From Gammaproteobacteria bacterium (lineage in GTDB: Bacteria; Pseudomonadota; Gammaproteobacteria; UBA4575): DNA of 64,000 nt. The DNA is taken from the NCBI GenBank assembly GCA_963662355.1, contig OY759361.1, forward strand, positions 226,942-290,941, written 5' to 3'. The notes under the pieces are model-generated. The model was given only the letters and a program-made list of their open reading frames with translations. It was not told the DNA's origin and ran no database searches. A program made the translations under genes and the position numbers. This document shows positions 55,923-64,000 of this stretch, one piece after another; position 1 is the first letter of the stretch; each line of letters begins with the position of its first letter.

Positions 55923-57182
55923 TTACCAGGTAAGAGCTCCTCCAGTTTGATATTCAGTGACTCGTGTTTCGAAGAAATTCTTTTCCTTTTTCAGGTCCAG
56001 TATTTCCGACATCCACGGGAAAGGGTTGCTCACCCCGGAATATTGTTGCGGTAACCCAATTTGCGCATAACGCCGGTCGGCAATAAATTTCAGATACTCT
56101 TCAAACATGGGTGCATTCAAACCAAGAATACCGCGTGGCATGGTGTCACGGGCATATTGGGATTCAAGCTCTACACCCTGTTTGACAAGCATGATGATTT
56201 CCTGCTGGAAACTTTCCGTCCATAACCGTGGGTTCTCCAGCTTGATCTGGTTGATGACATCAATACCAAAATTCATGTGCATGGACTCGTCACGCAAGAT
56301 GTACTGAAACTGCTCGGCAACACCGGTCATTTTGTTGCGACGACCCATGGAGAGGATTTGTACAAAACCCACATAAAAGAAGATCCCCTCAAACACTACA
56401 TAAAATGCAATAAGATCCCGTAATAACCGCTGGTCATCTTCCAGAGTACCGGTCTTGAAATCCGGATCACCCAAGCTGTTGGTATACGGCAATGCCCATT
56501 CAGCCTTATGGGCCACTGCAGGTAACTCACGATACATGTTAAATACTTCACCTTCATCCAGACCCAAAGACTCGATGCAGTATTGATAGGCATGCGTGTG
56601 AACAGCCTCTTCAAAGGCTTGGCGCAACAGATATTGCCTGCATTCCGGATTGGTAATATGCCGATATAGTGCCAGTACAAGATTGTTTGCAACCAGAGAA
56701 TCCGCAGTCGAAAAAAAGCCCAGATTACGTTTGACGATGGTGCGCTCATCCTCAGTCAAGCCCTCTGGATTTTTCCACAGGGCTATGTCTGCCGTCATGT
56801 TGATCTCCTGTGGCATCCAGTGATTGGCACACCCGTCCAGATATTTTTGCCAAGCCCACTCGTATTTGAATGGAACCAGTTGATTCAAATCAGCACGACA
56901 ATTAATAATTTTCTTGTCATCCACCTGGATACGATCAGCACCTCTTTCGATGCTTTCAAGGCCAGTAACGCCTTCGCACCGTTCCCGGTCACCAGACTGT
57001 TCCCGCAACCCGCCAAGATCCTGGGGACATTCCAAGACGACTGCGCTCCTTGAACCCAGTGCAGAATTTCCAAGTGCCTGCTCCCGTTTTTCCAGAGCAA
57101 GCGAGTCTATAAAAACGGCAGGTGCATTAGCACTTGACGTGCCGGTTCGCGCATCAGCGATCGGATCTTCCCAACTTTGCAT
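55923..57182 (-). CDS. nrdB: Ribonucleoside-diphosphate reductase class Ia beta subunit
   Basis: Ferritin-like di-iron ligands (...[10 protein letters not shown]..., ...DESMHMNFG...) and tyrosyl-radical region. Start chosen at MQSWEDP downstream of the nrdA stop. The track ORF extends to 57221 and overlaps nrdA. Confidence 0.88.
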   Translation of the reverse strand: MQSWEDPIADARTGTSSANAPAVFIDSLALEKREQALGNSALGSRSAVVLECPQDLGGLREQSGDRERCEGVTGLESIERGADRIQVDDKKIINCRADLNQLVPFKYEWAWQKYLDGCANHWMPQEINMTADIALWKNPEGLTEDERTIVKRNLGFFSTADSLVANNLVLALYRHITNPECRQYLLRQAFEEAVHTHAYQYCIESLGLDEGEVFNMYRELPAVAHKAEWALPYTNSLGDPDFKTGTLEDDQRLLRDLIAFYVVFEGIFFYVGFVQILSMGRRNKMTGVAEQFQYILRDESMHMNFGIDVINQIKLENPRLWTESFQQEIIMLVKQGVELESQYARDTMPRGILGLNAPMFEEYLKFIADRRYAQIGLPQQYSGVSNPFPWMSEILDLKKEKNFFETRVTEYQTGGALTW

Positions 57183-57211
57183 AACTGCTGCTCCCCCTAT
57201 AGTTTTGCTGC

Positions 57212-60115
57212 CTATTGGCAAGCTTCACAATCAGGATCCAGTATCGAACAAGCCTCAGGCACGCCACCGCCATTGCCGTTATTTTTTACAGCATTGAGCT
57301 TATTTTCCCGGCCTTGAACAGTACTTTTTTCCACATGTGTAGCGCCCATGGAGCGTAGGTAATACGTCGTTTTCAAACCACGTACCCAAGCAAGCTTGTA
57401 CAGATTGTCCAGCTTTTGTCCTGATGGCTCGGACATATAAAGATTGAGCGACTGCGCCTGATCAATCCATTTTTGTCGACGCGATGCAGCTTCCACCAGC
57501 CAGCGCGGGTCGATCTCAAATGCAGTCGCATAAATATTTTTCAGTTCAGCAGGGATGCGGTCTATAGGCTGTACACTGCCATCAAAATATTTAAGATCAT
57601 TGGCCATAACCTCATCCCACAAATCGCTTGCTTTCAGATCTGCAGCCAAGTAAGGATTGCTGACCGTAAATTCTCCCGACAAATTCGATTTCACGAACAG
57701 GTTTTGATACGTGGGCTCAATGCTTTGCGTCACGCCACAAATATTTGAGATCGTGGCAGTCGGTGCAATCGCCATGGTATTGGAGTTGCGCATGCCAACT
57801 TCTTGCACCCGTTGCCGCAAGCTGTCCCAGTCCATAGTGGCAGAACGATCCTGTTTCAGATAACCGTTACGCCCTTTGGCCAAAAGTTCGATTGAATCGA
57901 TCGGCAAAATACCCTGATCCCAGAGTGAGTTTTTGAATGTCGGGTAGGTTCCGCGTTCCTCAGCCAAATCGGTTGATGCCTTGATGGCACAGTAACTCAC
58001 TGCCTCCATTGAACGATCAGCAAACTCAACCGCAGCATCACTCCCATAAGCGATACGCTGTTTGTACAAGGCGTCCTGAAAACCCATTATGCCCAACCCA
58101 ACAGGGCGATGACGAAAATTGGAACGACGCGCTTTGGATACACTGTAATAGTTATACTCAATCACGTTATCCAGCATGCGCATGGCAGTAGACACAGTCC
58201 GCTCCAGCTTCTCAAGATTCAGACCATTTTCATCAACGTGCGCAGCAAGGTTGACAGAACCCAAATTACATACGGCTATCTCTTCATCGTTAGTGTTAAG
58301 GGTTATTTCCGTACATAAGTTGGATGAATGCACTACACCGACATGTTGTTGTGGAGAACGTAAATTGCAGGGATCCTTGAATGTGATCCATGGGTGCCCT
58401 GTTTCATACAACATGCCGAGCATTTTGCGCCACAGGTCAATGGCATTTACTTTTTTGAAGTTTTTGATTTCACCACGCTCGGCTTTTTGCTCGTACTCCT
58501 CATAGCGTGCTTCGAATTCAGCACTACACAAGTCATGCAACTCGGGTGTTTCATGTGGCGAGAACAGTGTCCATTGCTGTTGTTCACTGACACGTTTCAT
58601 GAATAGGTCCGGCACCCAGTTGGCAGTATTCATGTCGTGTGTGCGACGACGATCATCACCGGTGTTCTTACGCAATTCCAGAAACTCTTCAATATCCAGA
58701 TGCCAGGTTTCCAGATACGCACACATGGCACCCTTACGCTTTCCGCCCTGATTCACAGCAACTGCGGTGTCGTTGGCAACTTTCAGGAATGGAACCACAC
58801 CTTGCGACTTGCCGTTCGTACCTTTGATATGCGAACCCATGGCGCGCACCCGGGACCAGTCATTACCCAGACCGCCAGCAAATTTGGACAGCATGGCATC
58901 ATCCCGAATGGCTTCGAAGATACCGTACAGATCGTCCGGTACAGTGCTGAGATAGCATGAAGACAACTGTGAACGTAAGGTACCTGAATTAAACAATGTG
59001 GGGGTTGAACTCATGAAATCGAAAGACGACAGCAAATTGTAAAACTCGATAGTGCGGTCTTCACGATCAACTTCGTTCATGGCCAGACCCATGGCAACGC
59101 GCATGAAGAAGGCTTGTGGCAGCTCAACACGGGTACCCTTGCTTTGGATGAAGTAACGGTCGTACAACGTTTGCATGCCGAGATACGTGAACTGATGGTC
59201 ACGTTCCGGCTTTATGGCCTTGCCGAGTTTTTTCAGGTCATATTCTGAAACCAGCTTTGCGTCCAGCAACTCCAGCTCTGTAGCCTTGCGCATGTAGCGT
59301 TCGAAGTAGTCCGCATACTGATGCGACATTTCCTTGAATGTTGCTTCGGTAGAGACTCCGTATATAAAACTGAGTACTTCGCGACGCAGGCAATCCAGCA
59401 ACAGGCGTGCAGCAACGTACGTGTAATTGGGCTCCAGTTCAATCAGGGTGCGTGCACTCATGGTCAATGCTGTACCAACCTCTGCTTCAGGGATACCGTC
59501 ATACAGACTACGCAACGCCTCATCCACAATAGATTGCGCATGGACATCCTTGGTATCTGCACATGCCTCGGTAACCATGCGGGTGAGACGTTCAGCATCC
59601 AGTGGCTTCAGACCGCCTTTTGCATCCAGCACACTTATTGTTTCAGATGCCTTATCCGCTTCTTGCAGCGTATCCTTTTCAGCAAGTTGTGCCGCACGTA
59701 GCTGTGCACGCTGTTCACGATACAGTACATAGGCACGGGCAATCTTATGCTGGCCATAACGCATGAGGGCCAGCTCAACCTGGTCCTGAATATCTTCTAT
59801 ATGGAACGTTCCGCCTTGAGGCTGGCTGCGGGAAAGCGCAAAAAAGACTTTTTCAGTAATTTCTTCGACCATCGCATGAATGCGTGAAGAAGCTGCAGCA
59901 TGACCTCCTTCAACTGCAAGAAAGGCCTTGGTGACTGCAATTTTGATCTTGTCGCGATCAAAACTGGTAACTTTGCCGTTACGGCGAATTACACGGTACT
60001 GGCCAGGTGAGGTGACCGTAACTTTGGGATCTTGCTGTCCGGAATAACTGCCCGGCTGATTCAGTGTTGTAGGGTTATAGGTAGTAGCTTCTGACCGCAT
60101 CTGGTTCTCTGGCAA
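57212..60115 (-). CDS. nrdA: Ribonucleoside-diphosphate reductase class Ia alpha subunit
   Basis: 967 aa. N-terminal ATP cone ([16 protein letters not shown]). Catalytic core with active-site Cys/Asn/Glu region and C-terminal CxxC redox pair (LDPDCEACQ). Confidence 0.9.
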   Translation of the reverse strand: MPENQMRSEATTYNPTTLNQPGSYSGQQDPKVTVTSPGQYRVIRRNGKVTSFDRDKIKIAVTKAFLAVEGGHAAASSRIHAMVEEITEKVFFALSRSQPQGGTFHIEDIQDQVELALMRYGQHKIARAYVLYREQRAQLRAAQLAEKDTLQEADKASETISVLDAKGGLKPLDAERLTRMVTEACADTKDVHAQSIVDEALRSLYDGIPEAEVGTALTMSARTLIELEPNYTYVAARLLLDCLRREVLSFIYGVSTEATFKEMSHQYADYFERYMRKATELELLDAKLVSEYDLKKLGKAIKPERDHQFTYLGMQTLYDRYFIQSKGTRVELPQAFFMRVAMGLAMNEVDREDRTIEFYNLLSSFDFMSSTPTLFNSGTLRSQLSSCYLSTVPDDLYGIFEAIRDDAMLSKFAGGLGNDWSRVRAMGSHIKGTNGKSQGVVPFLKVANDTAVAVNQGGKRKGAMCAYLETWHLDIEEFLELRKNTGDDRRRTHDMNTANWVPDLFMKRVSEQQQWTLFSPHETPELHDLCSAEFEARYEEYEQKAERGEIKNFKKVNAIDLWRKMLGMLYETGHPWITFKDPCNLRSPQQHVGVVHSSNLCTEITLNTNDEEIAVCNLGSVNLAAHVDENGLNLEKLERTVSTAMRMLDNVIEYNYYSVSKARRSNFRHRPVGLGIMGFQDALYKQRIAYGSDAAVEFADRSMEAVSYCAIKASTDLAEERGTYPTFKNSLWDQGILPIDSIELLAKGRNGYLKQDRSATMDWDSLRQRVQEVGMRNSNTMAIAPTATISNICGVTQSIEPTYQNLFVKSNLSGEFTVSNPYLAADLKASDLWDEVMANDLKYFDGSVQPIDRIPAELKNIYATAFEIDPRWLVEAASRRQKWIDQAQSLNLYMSEPSGQKLDNLYKLAWVRGLKTTYYLRSMGATHVEKSTVQGRENKLNAVKNNGNGGGVPEACSILDPDCEACQ

Positions 60116-60221
60116 AACATGTTCGAATTATTTGTTTTCGTGCAATTTCCCGTTTATCCCCTGATTGCCTCCTCCAAGCCCTTCATGCAAACAGTAGTGA
60201 CGGGCGTCTTGTAGTATACAA

Positions 60222-60237
60222 GTACTATATATTGTGT
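60222..60237 (-). promoter_or_regulatory. Candidate NrdR box upstream of nrdA
   Basis: GTACTATATATTGTGT matches 14 of 16 positions of the NrdR operator consensus acaCwAtATaTwGtgt. About 105 nt upstream of the nrdA start. A second overlapping 6-3-6 palindrome CTTGTAgtaTACAAG lies at 60208-60222. Only one clear box was found; pairs are usual. Confidence 0.3.
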
Positions 60238-60433
60238 AAAGGAAATTTTTGCGACCAATTTGTTGGGGAGCTGGCTCCAAATTATTTCGACAAGCCAAAA
60301 CCCCTGAATAATCGAGAGGTTACGAAACCGGAGGCGCTTTTATTAAAATCCAAGGGCTAAGTTGATAAAATTTTTTGATAATCCGGAATGCCACAAACCA
60401 AAATGACACGGCAACTTCACTGTACAATACGGC

Positions 60434-60788
60434 CATGAACAGCCCTGAAAACATCCCACTGCAGGCAGACCTCGCCGACCACGGTGGATGCGCCAATTCG
60501 GAACCGTTTGCCTTGCGCGTTTTAGGCGACAGCATGGAACCGGAATTCAAGGATGGAAGCATTATCATCATCGACTCTGCAGCGGCCGTGAAGAGCGGCT
60601 GTTATGTGTTGGCCATGGTCAATGAAGAATATATTTTTCGCCAACTGATCATAGAGGGTGACCACTATGAACTCAGAGCCCTGAACAAAGGGTATGAACC
60701 AATAGAGGTCACAGGCATCGATGCTATTCGTGGTGTGATCGTACAGCGCTCAGGTACACGCCGCAAAGACCACAAGCATTATGACTGA
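60434..60788 (+). CDS. Stand-alone S24 (LexA/UmuD-like) serine peptidase domain protein
   Basis: LRVLGDSMEPEFKDGSIIIIDSAAAVKSGCYVLAMVNEEYIFRQLIIEGDHYELRALNKGYEPI aligns with UmuD ([23 protein letters not shown]...GDIVIAAVDGEFTVKKL), including the Ser nucleophile in GDSM and a downstream Lys. There is no N-terminal HTH and no adjacent umuC/dinB. Start could also be the in-frame ATG at 60375. Confidence 0.6.
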
Positions 60789-60839
60789 AAGCTGAATACC
60801 TGAAAGGTCAGGTTTGGTATTCCCTGCAAGAAAACTGTC

Positions 60840-61307
60840 TCACTGCTCCGGTTCTTGCTGCTCAGGTGCAGGTCTTGGACTCAAATAGGCTTCTGCGCGA
60901 TCCAGTTTGACCTTATTATTGTTTTGATCAACCAGCGGTTGTTCATAGTCATGCCAGCCTTTCAAACCTGTTTTCAGAGAAATGACGTTCTCAAATCCCA
61001 TTAACTGCATAGTGTGGGCTGCCAGTACACTGCGGTTTCCAGAGCGGCAGGCGACAATGATTTCCTTCTTCCGGGCCTCTACAAGGTCGGGCACAGTTTC
61101 GCTATAACCGTAATCACACGCTGCCTCAAGAACACCCCGAGGGACATTAACGGAACCTGCTATATGCATCGCTGCGAATTCTTCAGGCTCACGTATGTCC
61201 AGAACAAGGGGACTGTGATTGCCGGAAAGTTTCTGCTCCAGGTCCCAAGGCATGATTTCATTGATTAATTTTTCATGCTCGAATACAAGCTGTTTGAATG
61301 TTTTCAC
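60840..61307 (-). CDS. Single-domain rhodanese (thiosulfate sulfurtransferase-like)
   Basis: 155 aa. Rhodanese fold with the active-site loop CRSGNRS (catalytic Cys). Acidic/Pro-rich C-terminal tail. Lies 53 nt downstream of the response regulator. Confidence 0.8.
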   Translation of the reverse strand: MKTFKQLVFEHEKLINEIMPWDLEQKLSGNHSPLVLDIREPEEFAAMHIAGSVNVPRGVLEAACDYGYSETVPDLVEARKKEIIVACRSGNRSVLAAHTMQLMGFENVISLKTGLKGWHDYEQPLVDQNNNKVKLDRAEAYLSPRPAPEQQEPEQ

Positions 61308-61360
61308 TGGTATCCGGGTCCAGCAAATTCAGGCAGGATTCATTCGAAAACAAAGGGCTT

Positions 61361-62038
61361 CTAATTGTCTGTATACGTTTTCCTGGCCCTGAGCCCTTGT
61401 TCTACTGCAATTACCGCAGCTTCCACACGCGAATGTATGTCCAGCTTTCTCAAGATAGCCTTGACATGCAGCTTGACAGTCCCATCCGAGATTCCAAGAT
61501 TTCTTGCAATAACCTTATTGCTTTGACCTTCGGCCAGAAGGCTCAGAATTTCACGCTCACGTGGAGTCAGGTTGTCCAGCGGACTCTGTTCGGATTCAAG
61601 AGGGTCTTCCCCCTTCACCACTTTTGCCAGGATCTGGGTCAAATTTGGTGCAACAACCGTTTCACCCTTGATGATCTCACGCAATGCTGCCACGACGTCA
61701 TCGGGCTCCATATCCTTTAACAGATAACCCTTGGCCCCATTACGCAAGGCCTCTACCAGGTCTCGCTCGTCACCGCTTGTCGTCAGCATGACTACCGGTG
61801 CTTGAAACTTAAGATGCTGGAACTGCTTCAGGACCTCGAGTCCAGACATCCCTGGCATTCGCATATCCAGCAACACGATGTCGGGCTGTAATTCCAAAGC
61901 CAATTTGATTCCCTCTTGACCATCACTCACTGAGGCAACAACCTCTATTCCATGTCGGCCTAACAGGCTTTGTAACCCTTCACGGAACAGGGTGTGGTCA
62001 TCAATCACTATAATGCTCAACTTCATATTGGACATCAT
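61361..62038 (-). CDS. NarL/FixJ-family response regulator
   Basis: Receiver domain (IIVIDDH...LDMRMPGMSGLE...LLKDMEPDDVVAAL) plus LuxR-type HTH (LTPREREILSLLAEGQSNKVIARNLGISDGTVKLHVKAILRKLDIHSRVEAAV). Colinear with E. coli NarL over the full length. Confidence 0.85.
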   Translation of the reverse strand: MMSNMKLSIIVIDDHTLFREGLQSLLGRHGIEVVASVSDGQEGIKLALELQPDIVLLDMRMPGMSGLEVLKQFQHLKFQAPVVMLTTSGDERDLVEALRNGAKGYLLKDMEPDDVVAALREIIKGETVVAPNLTQILAKVVKGEDPLESEQSPLDNLTPREREILSLLAEGQSNKVIARNLGISDGTVKLHVKAILRKLDIHSRVEAAVIAVEQGLRARKTYTDN

Positions 62039-62048
62039 GATTCAGCGC

Positions 62049-63419
62049 TCACACCATTTCGTGTTGGATATCACCTTGCAGTTCACCCGGTAAATAATCA
62101 AACTCAAAACGGACCTGCACACCTTCACCAGGTTCTCCCTCTACGGTAAGTGTACCACCAATCCGGTTTGCACGATCCTGCATGATGCTGATTCCGACAT
62201 GTTCGCCCGCAGGATCCTGATTCTGCAGGTCTGTCATTCCAATACCATCGTCTTCAACCAAGACCGTGTAGTGGCCATCCTCGTTACCTCGCATGAGCAC
62301 CCGGACTGTACCAGCTTCACTGTGTTTGCGTGCATTTGTAAGGGCCTCCTGAATGACACGCAGTACCTGCAATTCTGTTTGAGGGGGCAGTGTGGTATCC
62401 GGCCACTCTTTTTGCAAGTATACCTGTATGTCATCACTGTCCTGCTTGAATCGTTCTATAACCTGTTCTACAGACACTGTAAGACCGTACTCACCTATAG
62501 GCATGCGAAAATGCGCAATAAGTGTCCGCAACTCTGTATGCGCTTCATCAATGGTAGATTCGATGCGTTCCAGTTCCTGCCAGGTTGCCGCTTCATCTTC
62601 TTGATGGATAGTTTCATCCAGTACCCGCACCTGATATTTGATGCTTGCCAACGTTTGCGCAAGTGAATCATGCAACTCATTGGCTATATTGGTCCTCTCA
62701 CGCATGATGGACAAGGCATTGGCCTCCTCGTCCAGACGCGCCTTTTCTACTGCGATTCCAAGGTGTCGACCCATACTGGTGAACAATTCTTCATACTCAC
62801 CATCTCTTTTGAGTTGATCTCCATCAATGTACAGGTTATACACACCCAGAACCTTACCGCGATACTGCAACGGTATAATCAAAATCGAAAGTTTATCACG
62901 TTCAGCATTTCCCTCACTGACCTGGTCAGGACAAGGAATAACTTTGATGGGGATCACCCGCTCTTCATCAGATCCACGTGTATTTTCGGGTAAATAAGGG
63001 AATTCATCCCTGGCAGCCATTGCAATACCGGTCTCTGCAATCAAAGAGAATGTACTATTTTTTGTCTCAAGGTAAACGGCAGCTCGATGTGCATTGACCA
63101 GTTCCGTCATGGTATGAAGGAAACGCGTGAGCAGCTCATGCACGTTACGAGACATATTGATGCTGGTAACCACGTCGTACAATGTTTTTTGTGACTTGTT
63201 TTTGCGCGCAATGTGTTCCGTGTGCCGCTGTAACTGTATCTCGGCATCTCTGGACAGGGATTCCAGCATTTCGGCAACGAAGTTAATATCCTGACTCAGT
63301 TCGGATAAATCCTGCTGCGAACAGTCAGGAATGCGCGCAGAAAGCTCACCTGCACGAATTTTTTGTGTCCACGTGCGCAAAGCAGTCAGAAACTCACTTG
63401 GCTTGGCATCCGGGAACAT
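62049..63419 (-). CDS. Soluble NarX-like sensor histidine kinase (HAMP - GAF-like central module - HisKA_3 - HATPase_c), lacking the periplasmic/TM sensor
   Basis: 456 aa with no hydrophobic TM stretch. The N-terminus (FLTALRTWTQKIRAGELSARIPDCSQQDLSELSQDINFVAEMLESL) reads as a HAMP domain. HisKA_3 H-box ELHDSLAQTL. N-box QEALTNARKHS. G-boxes DDGIGM and GISIM. Confidence 0.8.
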   Translation of the reverse strand: MFPDAKPSEFLTALRTWTQKIRAGELSARIPDCSQQDLSELSQDINFVAEMLESLSRDAEIQLQRHTEHIARKNKSQKTLYDVVTSINMSRNVHELLTRFLHTMTELVNAHRAAVYLETKNSTFSLIAETGIAMAARDEFPYLPENTRGSDEERVIPIKVIPCPDQVSEGNAERDKLSILIIPLQYRGKVLGVYNLYIDGDQLKRDGEYEELFTSMGRHLGIAVEKARLDEEANALSIMRERTNIANELHDSLAQTLASIKYQVRVLDETIHQEDEAATWQELERIESTIDEAHTELRTLIAHFRMPIGEYGLTVSVEQVIERFKQDSDDIQVYLQKEWPDTTLPPQTELQVLRVIQEALTNARKHSEAGTVRVLMRGNEDGHYTVLVEDDGIGMTDLQNQDPAGEHVGISIMQDRANRIGGTLTVEGEPGEGVQVRFEFDYLPGELQGDIQHEMV

Positions 63420-63643
63420 TCACAAGCTCCGAATGATTGAAGCATGCATTTCATGGCACCATGTTGTACACATCATAATTTACTGTTACTTTACCAGTAT
63501 TGAAATTAAATTCGTAATGAGAGCCATCTCTTAACACCATGAAACCCTGTTAAATTCCCTGAGGTTCTTGAGAGGCCAGCGGTAAAGCCACCAAGACATG
63601 GATCGGAGAATACAGGAATCGAGCAGATTGCAGGAGAACCACT

Positions 63644-63733
63644 ATGAGTGAAATGACCAAAACCATGTTGATTGTTGCCGCAATGGTGATACCGTGCATC
63701 ATTCTAGCCATAGCGATAATAATGAAGTTTTAA
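63644..63733 (+). CDS. Candidate 29-aa single-TM micro-protein
   Basis: AGGAG Shine-Dalgarno 8 nt upstream of the ATG. MSEMTKTMLIVAAMVIPCIILAIAIIMKF is one hydrophobic helix. Followed 19 nt later by a perfect 9-bp hairpin GGCGCAAAT(ctgcttgtc)ATTTGCGCC. Not in the >=60-aa ORF track. No recognisable family from sequence alone. Confidence 0.35.
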   Translation: MSEMTKTMLIVAAMVIPCIILAIAIIMKF

Positions 63734-63869
63734 CATTGCATAGCATCCACATTGGGCGCAAATCTGCTTGTCATTTGCGCCTGACCAATAAGCCGCCGTT
63801 ACGACAAACAACTGCTTCTGCTTTTACCTGACTCCCTTCCAGACCATTGCTGCCTGGATACACCCTGCA

Positions 63870-64000
63870 TCATCCCTCGGTAGGCGGGGAATAATCCGGG
63901 TCATTTGGATTCAGGAACACAAAGTGAAATTGCTTGGGTTCCAATTCAGCAAAATCAATTGTCGTTCCATCCAGCAAGCCAAAACTGGACTCTGCTACAA
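63870..64000 (-). CDS. Possible 3' end of an unidentified gene entering from beyond the window
   Basis: The minus-strand frame is open from the window end to a TGA at 63870-63872 and reads ...AESSFGLLDGTTIDFAELEPKQFHFVFLNPNDPDYSPPTEG*. Only 43 codons are visible, so this could be chance. Confidence 0.25.
   Translation of the reverse strand, partial: VAESSFGLLDGTTIDFAELEPKQFHFVFLNPNDPDYSPPTEG

Noticed and set aside
60300-60433. LexA/SOS box upstream of the S24 peptidase gene
   Set aside because: No CTGT-N8-ACAG or other convincing palindrome. Only CACTGTACAATACGG, which lacks the second half-site.
63454-63468. Sigma-54-like TGGCAC...TTGT element upstream of the micro-ORF
   Set aside because: GG-N10-GC spacing and the -12 GC are not satisfied (TTGT, shifted by one).

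Overview
The window looks like a conserved core-chromosome stretch from a moderately AT-rich Gram-negative bacterium. The gene order is betaproteobacterium-like: hprK-rapZ-EIIA(Man)-HPr-EI follows rpoN, and sspAB sits next to the bc1 operon. An ammonia oxidiser such as Nitrosomonas is possible, but that is a guess from content and composition. Almost every gene can be named from its sequence. Minus strand, 1-16.1 kb: the complete dcw cell-division/cell-wall cluster, ftsA(partial)-ftsQ-ddl-murB-murC-murG-ftsW-murD-mraY-murF-murE-ftsI-ftsL-rsmH-mraZ. It has the usual ATGA start/stop overlaps and a triple GTGGG MraZ-box array in the leader. An RNase P RNA gene (rnpB) lies on the minus strand between rsmI and mraZ. 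The two ORFs listed across it on the track are antisense artefacts. Next come divergent lpoA-diaA and a GlcD-like FAD oxidase, then sspB-sspA and the cytochrome bc1 operon petABC (minus). A minus-strand operon follows: mlaC-(310 bp ORF-less gap)-murA-hisG-DAHP synthase-hisD-hisC-nif3. The long plus-strand block is yrbG-kdsC-lptCAB-rpoN-hpf-ptsN-hprK-rapZ-EIIA(Man)-ptsH-ptsI-mgtE. After it come dcd and apbC (minus) and metG-ferredoxin-nth (plus). Directly after nth sits a DoxX / DUF692 (MbnB-like) / DUF2063 (MbnC-like) triad, which is the enzyme set of bufferin/Hvf-type copper-binding RiPPs. No precursor peptide gene is visible next to it. Then come a B12-type TonB receptor plus PduO-type adenosyltransferase, an SDR, and nrdAB (minus) with a likely NrdR box. 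The last 3.7 kb is the most accessory-looking part. It holds a stand-alone S24 (UmuD/LexA-C-terminal-like) peptidase and an operon of a soluble NarX-like kinase (HAMP-GAF-HisKA_3, no transmembrane/periplasmic sensor), a NarL-like regulator and a single-domain rhodanese. Divergent from that operon is a 29-aa hydrophobic micro-ORF with a strong Shine-Dalgarno and a downstream hairpin. No CRISPR arrays, IS elements, rRNA or tRNA genes were recognised.
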